Source: Perna viridis (Eukaryota). From it: a DNA stretch of 64,000 nucleotides. The notes under the pieces are model-generated. The model did not search any database. It saw only the letters and a program-made list of their open reading frames with translations, and had not been told where the DNA came from. Positions 53,301-64,000 of this stretch are shown piece by piece. Made by a program: the position numbers and the translations under genes. Numbering within the stretch: position 1 is the first letter of the stretch; each line of letters opens with the position of its first letter. The stretch spans positions 8,866,001-8,930,000 of the forward strand of contig CM074520.1 in the NCBI GenBank assembly GCA_037379345.1, read 5' to 3'.

Positions 53301-56166
53301 CCAAATCCTTCCTCAAATCGTCAATTTCAAGTGTTCTGATTGGTTGAAATATCAGTTGAAGAAGAACTTGAGCAAATCCAGGCCAGTTGTAAGTTACAAA
53401 TAAGTACTCGTCAGGATGATTTTCGACCACCACTCACCTGATAGAGTTTTAGCAGTTGGTGTATTCGCACAGGTTCCACTGTAGTTAATTTGTATACTTG
53501 TTCTATCAGTGCATCCATCGAGGTGTGTCCCAACACAGCTGTAACTGATTGGGTTACCATGATGTTGGACAGTAACATTGTTATATACAGCTACTACTTC
53601 CGATGGGCATGTCATGTTGACTTGGCTGATTTGACCTGAAAAATTAATATAATTGCTTTTATGCCACCTTTAACGTTATCTATAGTGTTTTTTTACGACG
53701 AGGTCGTCGTATAATTGTTTAGCGCTGTTGTCGTCCTTGTCGTCGTCTGTGTCGTCGTCGTCGTATCTTAAGTAGCAGTGTGTTGCTACTTCTACAATTT
53801 CACAACAATCTTTCGAACTACAAAGGATTTTTGGTTATGGCCCGAACCATTTTAGAATTAGGGACCGGAAACATGCATTTTCTTGATGTCTATATAATAG
53901 ATTGTGGAAATCTTTAAAATTAAATTGTGCCGAAAAGTGCGTATCCTCATGCAGAGGTTCGAATTTTTTCTAGAAATCTTATGACATTAGCGAACGAAAA
54001 TCTAGAGAACAACAAATGCACTGAATCAACGTATATATATATACCATCAAAAATCATAAACAAAGAACATGAACATACCCCAACGATCATTGGAGGTCAT
54101 AATTCAACATGTAACTTTAAATATTGTGCTGATAATTCATGTTGTCTATAGAATTAAGTTCCTTATTTACGGTTTATAATTGTGTAGTACTTTTATTAGA
54201 TATGAAGTAAAACTAGCATACTTACCATTTCTAACCACAGAAACAAAACTCTTTGGGGAAGGTGATAGAGAGCAAATTTCATTTAATGTAGCATTCCCAG
54301 ACCCATCTCCATACAAACTGTCCCGAATAAAAGGATTATAATCTAGAAAGGAAACCATTTAAGTTTAAAGTTTTGCGATAATATTAAATTACTTGTTACT
54401 TTTATTGATACTAACTTATGGAGTAAAGTGAGTAAGTTATTTTATTTCTTTTAGCGATTAACATTGAATAGATTTAATTTTGTATTAAGGATAAAAAATC
54501 GAATTAGCATTTAATTAAAACGATTCATAATAGTAGGTAATATCATATACATATTTGTGAAGATTTTGAAATGATTTTGTAAAATTATGTGATGGTATAC
54601 ACAGACAAATATTTTTCATGCGAAATGCATGTTAATCGAGCTTCACCCAAATTTCACGTGAACTCTGTCACAAATTTTATTTGCGACTTTGGGCCATCGA
54701 TTGCTGAGTTTGCGTCAGGCGAGTCACCAGTTTTGGAATAGTTATTCTTACCACATAAAAAATTATTTGCGACGTAAGCATTCTTTATCCCATAGCAATC
54801 AATTCTTACTGTCTGTTCACGCTTACTTTGGAGTAACCGGCACATTATTTTCTTGTTGAACTAGGCTAAATATTTTAATAATTTAAGTCCTCTATTTATT
54901 CACAGCGAAAGAGAAGATGGTAAGAAAAAGTAACATTCATTATTTTCTTATCAGTCTCGGAAAATTTATAAAAAAATGATTAACAGGTACAGTTTGATCT
55001 TCATTACAGAGATAAATTCTTTAAGAAGCTGTAAATTGAAATATTTTTATGACAAATTTAACTTTATATTGTTTCATTTGTTTCATAGTATACAATCATG
55101 GTATCTTAGACCTCACGTGTTATTTTACCTGTTAGTTGATAATAGTAGGCTACGTTGATGTTATGTACGAATATCTCAAGGCAGAGAAATATCTCTATAT
55201 TGTAACTAGCAAATAGAAAGGTGAATGTCGATCTGCAAGAAAAATGTATTTGCTGCCACCTTTGTTTGTTCGAGTACAAGCTGACTGTTCATTAAAACTA
55301 TCAAATGTTTTTCTCTTAAAGTTACACAGGTGTTGGTAAAGTCAGGCCTTATATTGTTTTCAAAGAAAAAATAAGATATCTTAAAAGGCGCCTCTTTAAA
55401 CTACCTTCAATCATTTTATATTCTGGTACGATTGTTTTTTGTGATTGCTTTTCATTTCGTATTTTGACAATCGACTCTACTTTTTTCCCATTTTTAATTT
55501 TCACTCTTGCCATCTGTATGGCATGCAAAAACAACTTTATTCTGTATTAATTAGCCTTATTATAATATGAACTATATGTTAAAAACACTCAAATACAGGT
55601 AAAAACAATAAATACTTGAGCACGTAAATATTTTCCTGATTTTCATAACAGGTGAAGTTAAGTGTGTCTGGCAAAGTGACGGTTTCCTCTGAAGTTCTGT
55701 ATGACGTCACGAAAGACGAGTTTGTAAAAGTAACAAGACCCCGGTCAGCTCCGATCCAATCACCAGAAAGATGTTGTGGAAAGACACATTGTCCATCTGA
55801 AGAAGCAGCCAGTGATACGTCACATAAAAAACGAACATTGATTTTGGTTAAAACTTGAATTCCAGTAACTACTCAAAACATCCATTGAATTTCTAAATAT
55901 CTAGTTTACAGCTAGCAAGTAACTTACATTCAGTCTACTTCCAAATTGGAATGGAACAAATTGAATCAATCTCCGGGATAAAATGAATCAAAACATTCAT
56001 AAAAAATAAATGCATTCAAAAATGTATCAAAACTTTATGCTCTATAATTTAGAACGCTATGGTTTCATCAATGACATGCATTTATTATCAAATTAGAACA
56101 AAACTTACGTATTTCCAGTAGAACAGAAATGAATGTACAGACTACAACTACAAATAAAATTCCCAT
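50379..56166 (-). CDS. Cys-rich type I membrane protein, paralog B (425 aa)
   Basis: Exons 56166-56109, 55796-55616, 55232-55129, 54342-54226, 53635-53438, 52851-52748, 52305-52185, 51311-51270, 50731-50379; GT-AG, in frame. Signal MGILFVVVVCTFISVLL; CVFPQHLSGDWIGADRG; 12 ectodomain Cys; TM GLWVLVSLPVLFIILVIAYLII. Confidence 0.88.
51937..52063 (-). pseudogene. Duplicated copy of exon 7 of paralog B (frameshifted pseudo-exon)
   Basis: Tandem duplicate of 52185-52305 with flanks and intact AG/GT sites. A -2 and a +8 indel at homopolymers give an in-frame TAA at codon 18. Confidence 0.75.
52478..52620 (-). mobile_element. Partial copy of the dispersed repeat (family of 41461-41900)
   Basis: ccggtccatgctcc...agtccgagttgatcat...tcatgttctttgttgtgtgtgtctgttttc. 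Confidence 0.6.
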
Positions 56167-57575
56167 TTTCCTTTTCATAAAAGCATCAAGTGATTTCTGT
56201 TTTTGAAAGTAAAAAAATAATTTTTACGTGAAAAAACAATGACAAATCATTTTAAGGGTTAAAATCACCTAATTGGAAACTCCTTTATTAATTACTTTCC
56301 GCTACAATGACGTTATTGTAGAATACTGGGTCTATACTGGGGTATACCCTTTCACAAGTACAGCCTCATTCAATCAGTTTACACAAAATGTTTACTCATT
56401 ATTACCTTATCTACTATTGTTAATTATTTGTTAAGGTATATATTTCCATCCCCTAGCTTGATCGGATCATACCTAGTTTTTATAGGTCAGCAATAACAAT
56501 GCTATACAAATAAGGATGTTTTGCTGGTCGTGTATGAAAAAGAACTAAAGTCGTGGAAAAATGTAGGAAACCCGGGTATTGTTTTTATCTACAAATCATA
56601 TCTATATGTTGGATAAGCTTTCTAACCTCTGTGGCTTCTTATTTTTTGTCATTCCTTTATATAACAGGCTTATTTTTTTGTCTTTACTGTAACATTATCT
56701 ATTAATTATAGGCATTGTAATTTTAATAATAAATTTATCAGATTTTACCCTACAACAGTGATGGTGATATTTGTAACATTTAGATTGCAGTGTTTATATC
56801 TGGCATACTTGCCTTTTCATTATACATACGATTAAAATATCATAACCGAATTTTCTATATGACAATTTATTTTGAAAATAGATAATCAAAGCAGGCTCGT
56901 AGCTAAGAAAATTCTGATTTTATTTGAGAATTTTAGAAATGCTATTACAATATACACAAATCGATCTTTACGTTCAAATATGCATTAGTAACATAGACTA
57001 ATTAGTTTAAGGAAAACAAAAATATTGCATATCGGTAGTCCACATAATGTGCACTTCCAAATTTGCATTTGCATCGGATGCAGCTTATAATCTTTAAGAA
57101 TAACTTAAAACACATTTCAACGTATGATGTTTCGTTTTATTTCACCCATTATAGGGGTTGTAAGTCTCGTTCACGGAGTCACGTGACGAGACTTACATAC
57201 CCTATACTAAAAATGCTGTTGTTAGGTATTACAAATATCGCAAAAGAGATCCGGAAGTTTCTTTAAGTGTCAATATCGGTTAAAATCAGAACTAACATTT
57301 CAAGGATAGATAACTGTCAAAAACCTTATTTGTCAAACATTTTATTAAAAAAAATTCAGTGATGCAGAGCTTGAATAATAGTCTTTCTAAATAGAGAAAC
57401 TAAAGCATCCTGGAATGAAATTTTATTGTCAGATCGATGGATTTTTGTGTGTGTCTGATTTTTCTTATATTGCCTGATTCTTACAAAAACTAACACTTAA
57501 AGCTTAAATAAAAATAAAATCAAAACTACCACTTGACGATAATATCGCATTAAAATTGTATTTTTTTTTAAGGCA

Positions 57576-60500
57576 TCACACTTTTCCATTGGGTATTCTT
57601 TCAGAGCTAAAGCTGTAGAGACTGATGCCAGATGCTCGCCTTGGCAATCTTCCTCTCAAGTAATCGTCTAGAGAATCATGATACAAAGGTTCTACCTTGG
57701 CAATCGGTTGTAAATTAGGATGATCGGTTGGTTCCCAATCAGGATCAAATAGGGGATAAAAATTCAATGGCTTTTTAGGTCGGAAGTTGTACAGCTTTGG
57801 TTGTCGGATAACGTTGGGTACAAACACGGTTTTGCTGACAATATCTGCCGTTCCAGTTCCATCATCGGTGATTGGTGGAGGCTTTTTCTTACGCTTAGGC
57901 AATTTAATTCTTGCACAAACGCAACCATATTTCTTATAACAGTACCTGGCTAGCAACAAGATTAGAATGAAAAGAAAGAGTATCGGCAGTATTAACAGAG
58001 CCCAGAGTCCTGCAAGGTTTGGTGGTGCTTCGGTTGTAGCTGAAAAATGTTAAATTGGCATAACTACTATGTTTATTATTAATTAAGACATCATGCAATG
58101 CATATTTATCTTCGCTTACTTAACGTTTATTTTTCTATATTACTTAAGTTTCTTACAGCCATCTCTTTTAATGTTGATTTTTTTTGTGTTACTGGAATTT
58201 GTTTAACGCCGACCTTCTTAAATGTTTTTTATTACTTATCAAATTCTACCCACCCGGCATTCTCATATGATTGACCTAACAATCGGTTTTATATGACACG
58301 CAACACTATTAACATACAATGTTTGTATTCCCATACATACAATGTTTATATTCCCATACATACAATGTTTATATTCCCATACAATGTTTATATTCCCATA
58401 CAATGTTTGTATTAACATACAATGTTTGTATTAACATACAATGTTTGTATTAACATACAATGTTTGTATTAACATAAAATGTTTATATTCCCATACAATG
58501 TTTGTATTAACATACAATGTTTATATTCCCATACAATGTTTGTATTAACATACAATGTTTGTATTAAAATGAAATTCTGAGTGGTGTATGAGCCTCTACA
58601 AATCTTATTTACTTACTTGGGATAATTATTTCACATGTTCCTGAAATGGAAGAAATCAAACATATATTCCTTTTCTTGAGAGATAGTAACAAGCCTCCAT
58701 CCCTTTTAAAATGAAGATAAATGCGATCTTAACAATATGATAAAAATAACTCAGTTCCTAGTACTAGTTATTCAATTTTTAACAGAGTTGCCACGAAATT
58801 GAACTCGTCTTTTGCTTTGGTGATGTCGGGTTGGCGGGCTGGAGGCCGGTGTTCGTCAACAATGGTTTCCGGACTATAATTCGAAAGATTTAAATCCAAT
58901 TCGAACAATTGAGATACAGTTATATACCAGATATGTAAGATTCCGATTGATTTTAATAAGTTCAAAGACACAGCGCCCCCCCCCTCCCCCCAAAAAAAAC
59001 CCTTTAACTTTTTCGGTATAATTGAGGTTTCATGACGATAACTTAAAAGTTCACATCTGATTCAAATGGAACTTTGGGATTTTGATACATATCAGGAAGC
59101 ATATTGATTTATAGCATATTACATTCATGGCAAAAAAAATTAGATTTTTTCATTTAATTAGGTTGTATAATATCAAGGTCCTTTACAGGAATAAAAGCTA
59201 CCAAAAATAATCATAGCTGGGACTTTATGATCTCAGGAACAGGCTTTATCTGTATTGATATGAGATAATGAGGGCTTAAAAGGTTCACACCTGATTAAAA
59301 AAGGAGTCACAGTAAAAATATTTCTTTCATGAAAATTGGGACTCAACTGGGCTTTTACTTACCAAGTATATCCCAGATCACAAGTTTTACTCCACCAGTT
59401 TCTGCAACTGTCGATGATGATGTATTTGAACAGAATTTCGATGTCTCTGTCGCATAAATGACGTCACCGATACGTCGGTAGGCCTACAAAAATGTCTAAA
59501 TTGTACTTAAATGCGCAAGGAATATATAATGTTATACAATTGTATGAGTGTAAAGGTAAAGTTCAAGGCGCAAATCATTGATAACCAATGCAAACATTAA
59601 GTAACTTGCTATTTAATGCTTTGAAATAAGTTATTTTTAACGGGCATCTTTTTTTTTATTTTGTCCTGGAAAATAACGTTAAATGTTCATTTGTGTACAT
59701 AAAAACTCACAAAACAGTAAAATGGATTAGGCCCCAAAGGATCATCATTCCATACAGATAGAAAAGTATCGGATCCTTCTGTTATGGAGTGTATACATCT
59801 GTAGATTCCCTGATCTGTAAGAAAATTCACAATCCATTTACAACATCACATTGAAGATCTGACAAACTAAAACTAAGAGGATTGACAACTAACATATTAA
59901 TTGCAGGGCAGTAATTAAAAAACATTATAACTTAAAAAAAGAAACCCTATATACAGGAAAATAGAAACATGCTTTTCATATGTGTCGCAAAACACCATAA
60001 ACATATCTTTGTCATATTTATTTTTGATGAAAAAACATATGTTCCATCTGGTAACAAAATGCTTTCAAAAACAATCAATGATAATCAATGAAAATTATAA
60101 AAAGTATTGTGAAATACTAACCAGAAAGTGTTTTTGCCGTAGTTGTCGTGGCACATGTGTCATTATATGTAATATTGATCATTGTTTTATCAGTGCATAC
60201 ATCAAAAACAGTACCAGGACACATAGTAGGCTCTGCCTGAGACTCGTGCTGGATGGATACATTGCCAAACTGAGCCTGTATTGCTTCAGGACATGTAACA
60301 TTGACACTTCCGTCAGAAACAGCACCTTCAAAATCAATTCATGGAAAGAGTAATCAAGGGTTATAGCGGTAATCAAAAGAATGCAATCCAGGGACAAAGA
60401 CTAGACATGGAAAACAGACATAAACAACAAAGAACATAAAGCAACTAAAACCATACATACAAAGTAACAAAAGCAAATGAGCAACTCGGACTCTACTAAA

Positions 60501-63097
60501 AGCTGGGAGCATGGACCAGGTGCACCGGTAGGGAAATTCATGAAAATACTTTATTACAAAATGTCATTTCAATTTACACTAAGTTAATCCAACCCTCAAA
60601 GGCTTAAACAGATAATACAAAGCATCTTTTTACTAAACTTAGTTTAGTTTTTTTTTTATAAAACTAATTAATCTTTAAAACCATTTACTCTAAGGCCTTA
60701 TTTAATCTGCAAGACTACATATTCTATCAATGACATGGTGTTTAATCAATTGATCCAAATTCATTAAATATAGCACAGGCTTATTACTATTTTTTTAAAT
60801 TGTCTCTATACTACTATTACTTATTTGACTTTGATAGTATTACTCACCATCTCTAACCAATGTGATATAATTTCGTGGAACAGCTGGTTTTGAACAAACT
60901 GTATCAAACGTAGCAGTATTTTGGCCATCACCAACAATATTATCCTGTAGATAAGGATCATATGCTGGAAAATCACATATAAGAGAAGTTATTTCAGGAA
61001 ACAAGCCGCATTTTGTTTAATATGTTCGCTGTTAAAAACCGAACTTTCCTGATTTTTTAATTTTCTAATATTATCGACAAAAGTATACCGAAGCGTAAGA
61101 AGTGTGATTCAAATACATCAAAATCCCAAAGCATGGTCTACATATAAACACATGAAACAGGAACGATCTACATACACAATGTAGCAAACCAAATAAAAGA
61201 AAAGAGTATTTGAAACATTCGGTGGTTTGTATTCATTTCAATTACCCACTGCCGACAAATTGACTTCAAAAGGATTACACAGTACCAAATCTGGCTCAAC
61301 AGCTAAATCTGATTTGCTAAATGAGAAACAGAAAGCTTGTTGCAAATCACATTAAACTAAATAAAGGAAAACCGTCTATCATCAAAATATGTTTTCAATA
61401 ATTTTGTGATTTAAATTACATTTATTATTTTATTGAAAATAAATTTTTGGTACAAAAAAGAACTATGATTTCAGTAAAGTGAGAACTACTTAAGTTTGGG
61501 TGGCGGTGAACATAATAAGATATTCTTTAATTGTAAGACATTATGAAAATCATTTGAATTCGCTTTTAAAGTAAAACTTAAATCATAATTCCACCTGTTA
61601 ACTGGTAGTAATAAGCGATGTCTTCATCTACTGTAAGTATCTGTAGACACATGTAAAACTTAATAATCAAACCGAATATATTGTTTTCTTGGAATGCTCT
61701 GAAAAATATTAAAAAAAAAATGCAAATAAAAATGAAATCAACATAAAACGCCTTGGCGAAAGACAACGTCAAATAAACATATAGACAAAGAGAACAAATG
61801 CTATTGCGAAAACACTATCTGATATGAACTGATCAAGTGACATTCCTTGAAAAATACAAAGCAAGCATTAGTTGGCAAGGTGCAACTGCACTATAGGCAG
61901 CATTGTGTTACCGCTTTAAAGAAAACACTGTAACTGATAACATAATTAGCGTATTTTGAAGGCAAATGTAGAATATAGACTGAGTTCGTGTTTTTTTTTT
62001 TTTTTGGAAAAAGGAGAGAATGATAAGATGTACATAAAATATGGATTATTTTAAAACATAAACTGATACCATAACATTATGGAGCCTGATGAATTATATA
62101 TAATGCTGGTGGTATCTTTTTGCATGACTTCTCAAAACCGGCATTTTACATTGAGCAATGCTGATCAGACTTAACGAATGATCTAATTACAATTCATTCA
62201 AGAAAGCAAAGCAATATATGATGGCACGAAAATGAACTAGAATATACAGGATGAAATGTACAGAAATAAACAAAACAAAAATAAATCCCTATCAGCAACT
62301 GGAGGAGGATAAATACTCACTTCAGATAATATTGACTTCCCCTTTGTTCTAAACAGTAGAAATCAAAGTGAATTACATTTGGTATGTTAACGCTATATTG
62401 CTGTATAACGGTAGAATTATAGAAATTCATATCCCCTCTATCAGCTCCCTTCCACACACCTGACAAAGTCGATGGAAAATCACATGGTTGTGAATCTGAA
62501 ATATATAAATGGTAAAATCGTAAAATACCGGGTTGAACAAAAAGATTTTTTCATGAGGAAGAAATGAGACATATGATATATCATTTATTATATCTTTAAA
62601 GTCAGGTGTTTACATAGCTTTAGCGTGCGATATGTTTTCTTCGTTTCATTCATTTCATCAGTGGCATCAGATGGTTGAGATTCAACATGTTCATTAGTAT
62701 GCTAAACCTAAACGCTTGGATGTAACGTAACACGATTCATAATGTTTGCATCCTTAGACATTTAGAAAATCCTTAAGACATCCTTAGAAAGATTATTTCT
62801 ACTCTTTTTTTTTAATATTAATATCTTACTTTACTTATTGATTTGATAATGCGACAACTTTTGTAGAGAACACTTTATATATTTTTATTTACAGTGTTTG
62901 TCTTTGAGGTAGTCGATAATGACAAACAAATTTCATGCTATTTTATCTTAAATTTACCCGTCGTCTTTACATTTCCTGAAGGTGTGAAAATTAAATAAAT
63001 TAGGACTTCATAACAGTCCTACCATGGAAACAATTATACTAGACTTACCTCTAATTGTAAAGAATAAGATACACAATACAATTGATACCAAGGCCAT
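57576..63097 (-). CDS. Cys-rich type I membrane protein, paralog A (453 aa)
   Basis: Exons 63097-63049, 62495-62321, 61698-61595, 60964-60848, 60325-60122, 59814-59711, 59483-59363, 58640-58617, 58039-57576; 1362 nt, GT-AG, in frame. Signal MALVSIVLCILFFTIR; CDFPSTLSGVWKGADRG; 12 ectodomain Cys; TM GLWALLILPILFLFILILLLA. Confidence 0.9.
58306..58567. repeat. 19-bp minisatellite, ~13 copies
   Basis: Interspersed variants catacaatgtttgtattaa and catacaatgtttatattcc, in the last intron of paralog A. Confidence 0.92.
60351..60535 (+). mobile_element. Copy of the dispersed repeat (family of 41461-41900)
   Basis: High similarity to 41461-41645: taatcaaggg...gcaaatgagcaactcggactc...gaccaggtgcaccggtaggg. 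Confidence 0.75.
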
Positions 63098-64000
63098 CTT
63101 CTCGAAACATCGAAAGTTAAAAGATCTAAAAAAAATATGAACTAAAGTTCATTGAATCATTGTGGTTTGTTAATATTATGTCAAAGTTACCATGGTCTTA
63201 ACATAGGGAACTGCAGGGTTATTAAACAAAAACCCATTTGTTGAAATAAACACAGAAATGTTTTAATACGATTCCCTTACTTGATTAAAACAAACGAATG
63301 TTTATTTCTTCTGACCAGTATTAAAGCTCTCACATTCTGACTGCATGAGAAGGAAAGATAACATCAAACATTTTAACAGATGTAATCATCCATTTCAAAA
63401 ATGAAATTTATAACCACCCCTTTAAATACACGTTGTCTTTGTTAAACCAGTTATCGTTGGACGTTAGTATTCACGAGAGATGGTCGTTAATTCTATATGA
63501 ATTGGTCAACCAGTTGAAATATTGTAATTTATACCAATACTTCTATTTTTGGTAAATGATGAACAATCAGTTATTTGATTTATACTCAGAAAGTAAATTA
63601 AATAATAAACATGACAATTTATTATGAAACATAAACGTATTTTTTTTTATTTCGTTAGTTGAAGAATATTGACGCTTTCATGTCCAGATTCCCTCATTGT
63701 CAATAGAGACATTAAAATGGTAATGGATTATCACGATATATGCAAATCATTGAGAAAAGGAAAAAAACAACATTACCATTTTAAAACTGCTTCCAGTCTG
63801 TTTTGAAAAAAAAAGTTGTTTTTATGAATCCGCATATTTGACATACATGTAAACAAGGTGAAGTTTTAACTAAAAAAGGATTTAGCAGAAACGTAAGTAG
63901 TTTGTGAAAACATAAATACGACTGATTTTAAATATCTTTTACTTTACAGCGTACTATTTATTTTTTAAGCTGAAGACAAGTACATAAGTTAATAAAATCT

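Overview
AT-rich eukaryotic genomic DNA, most likely from a bivalve mollusc (inferred from a RUDI-like tRNA-SINE and HINE-type repeats). The window has three zones. (1) 1-14.7 kb is a repeat nest: minisatellites, a ~5.8-kb foldback-like element with concentric inverted repeats that carries a HINE, and a full-length but disrupted CR1-group LINE on the minus strand. (2) 15-40.4 kb holds four tandem minus-strand rhodopsin-type GPCR genes, each with an intronless CDS and non-canonical QRY and C[YF]xP motifs. (3) 41-63.1 kb holds a cluster that the ORF track shows only as fragments. I spliced it by hand into four paralogous multi-exon genes for Cys-rich type I single-pass membrane proteins, with GT-AG introns and conserved intron phases. 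Three are complete on the minus strand (453, 425 and 345 aa). The fourth is on the plus strand; I could not find its first three exons, so the GPCR array may sit inside one of its introns. The family shows a correlated loss of one Cys pair, a tandem-duplicated exon and a conserved cytoplasmic Tyr motif.
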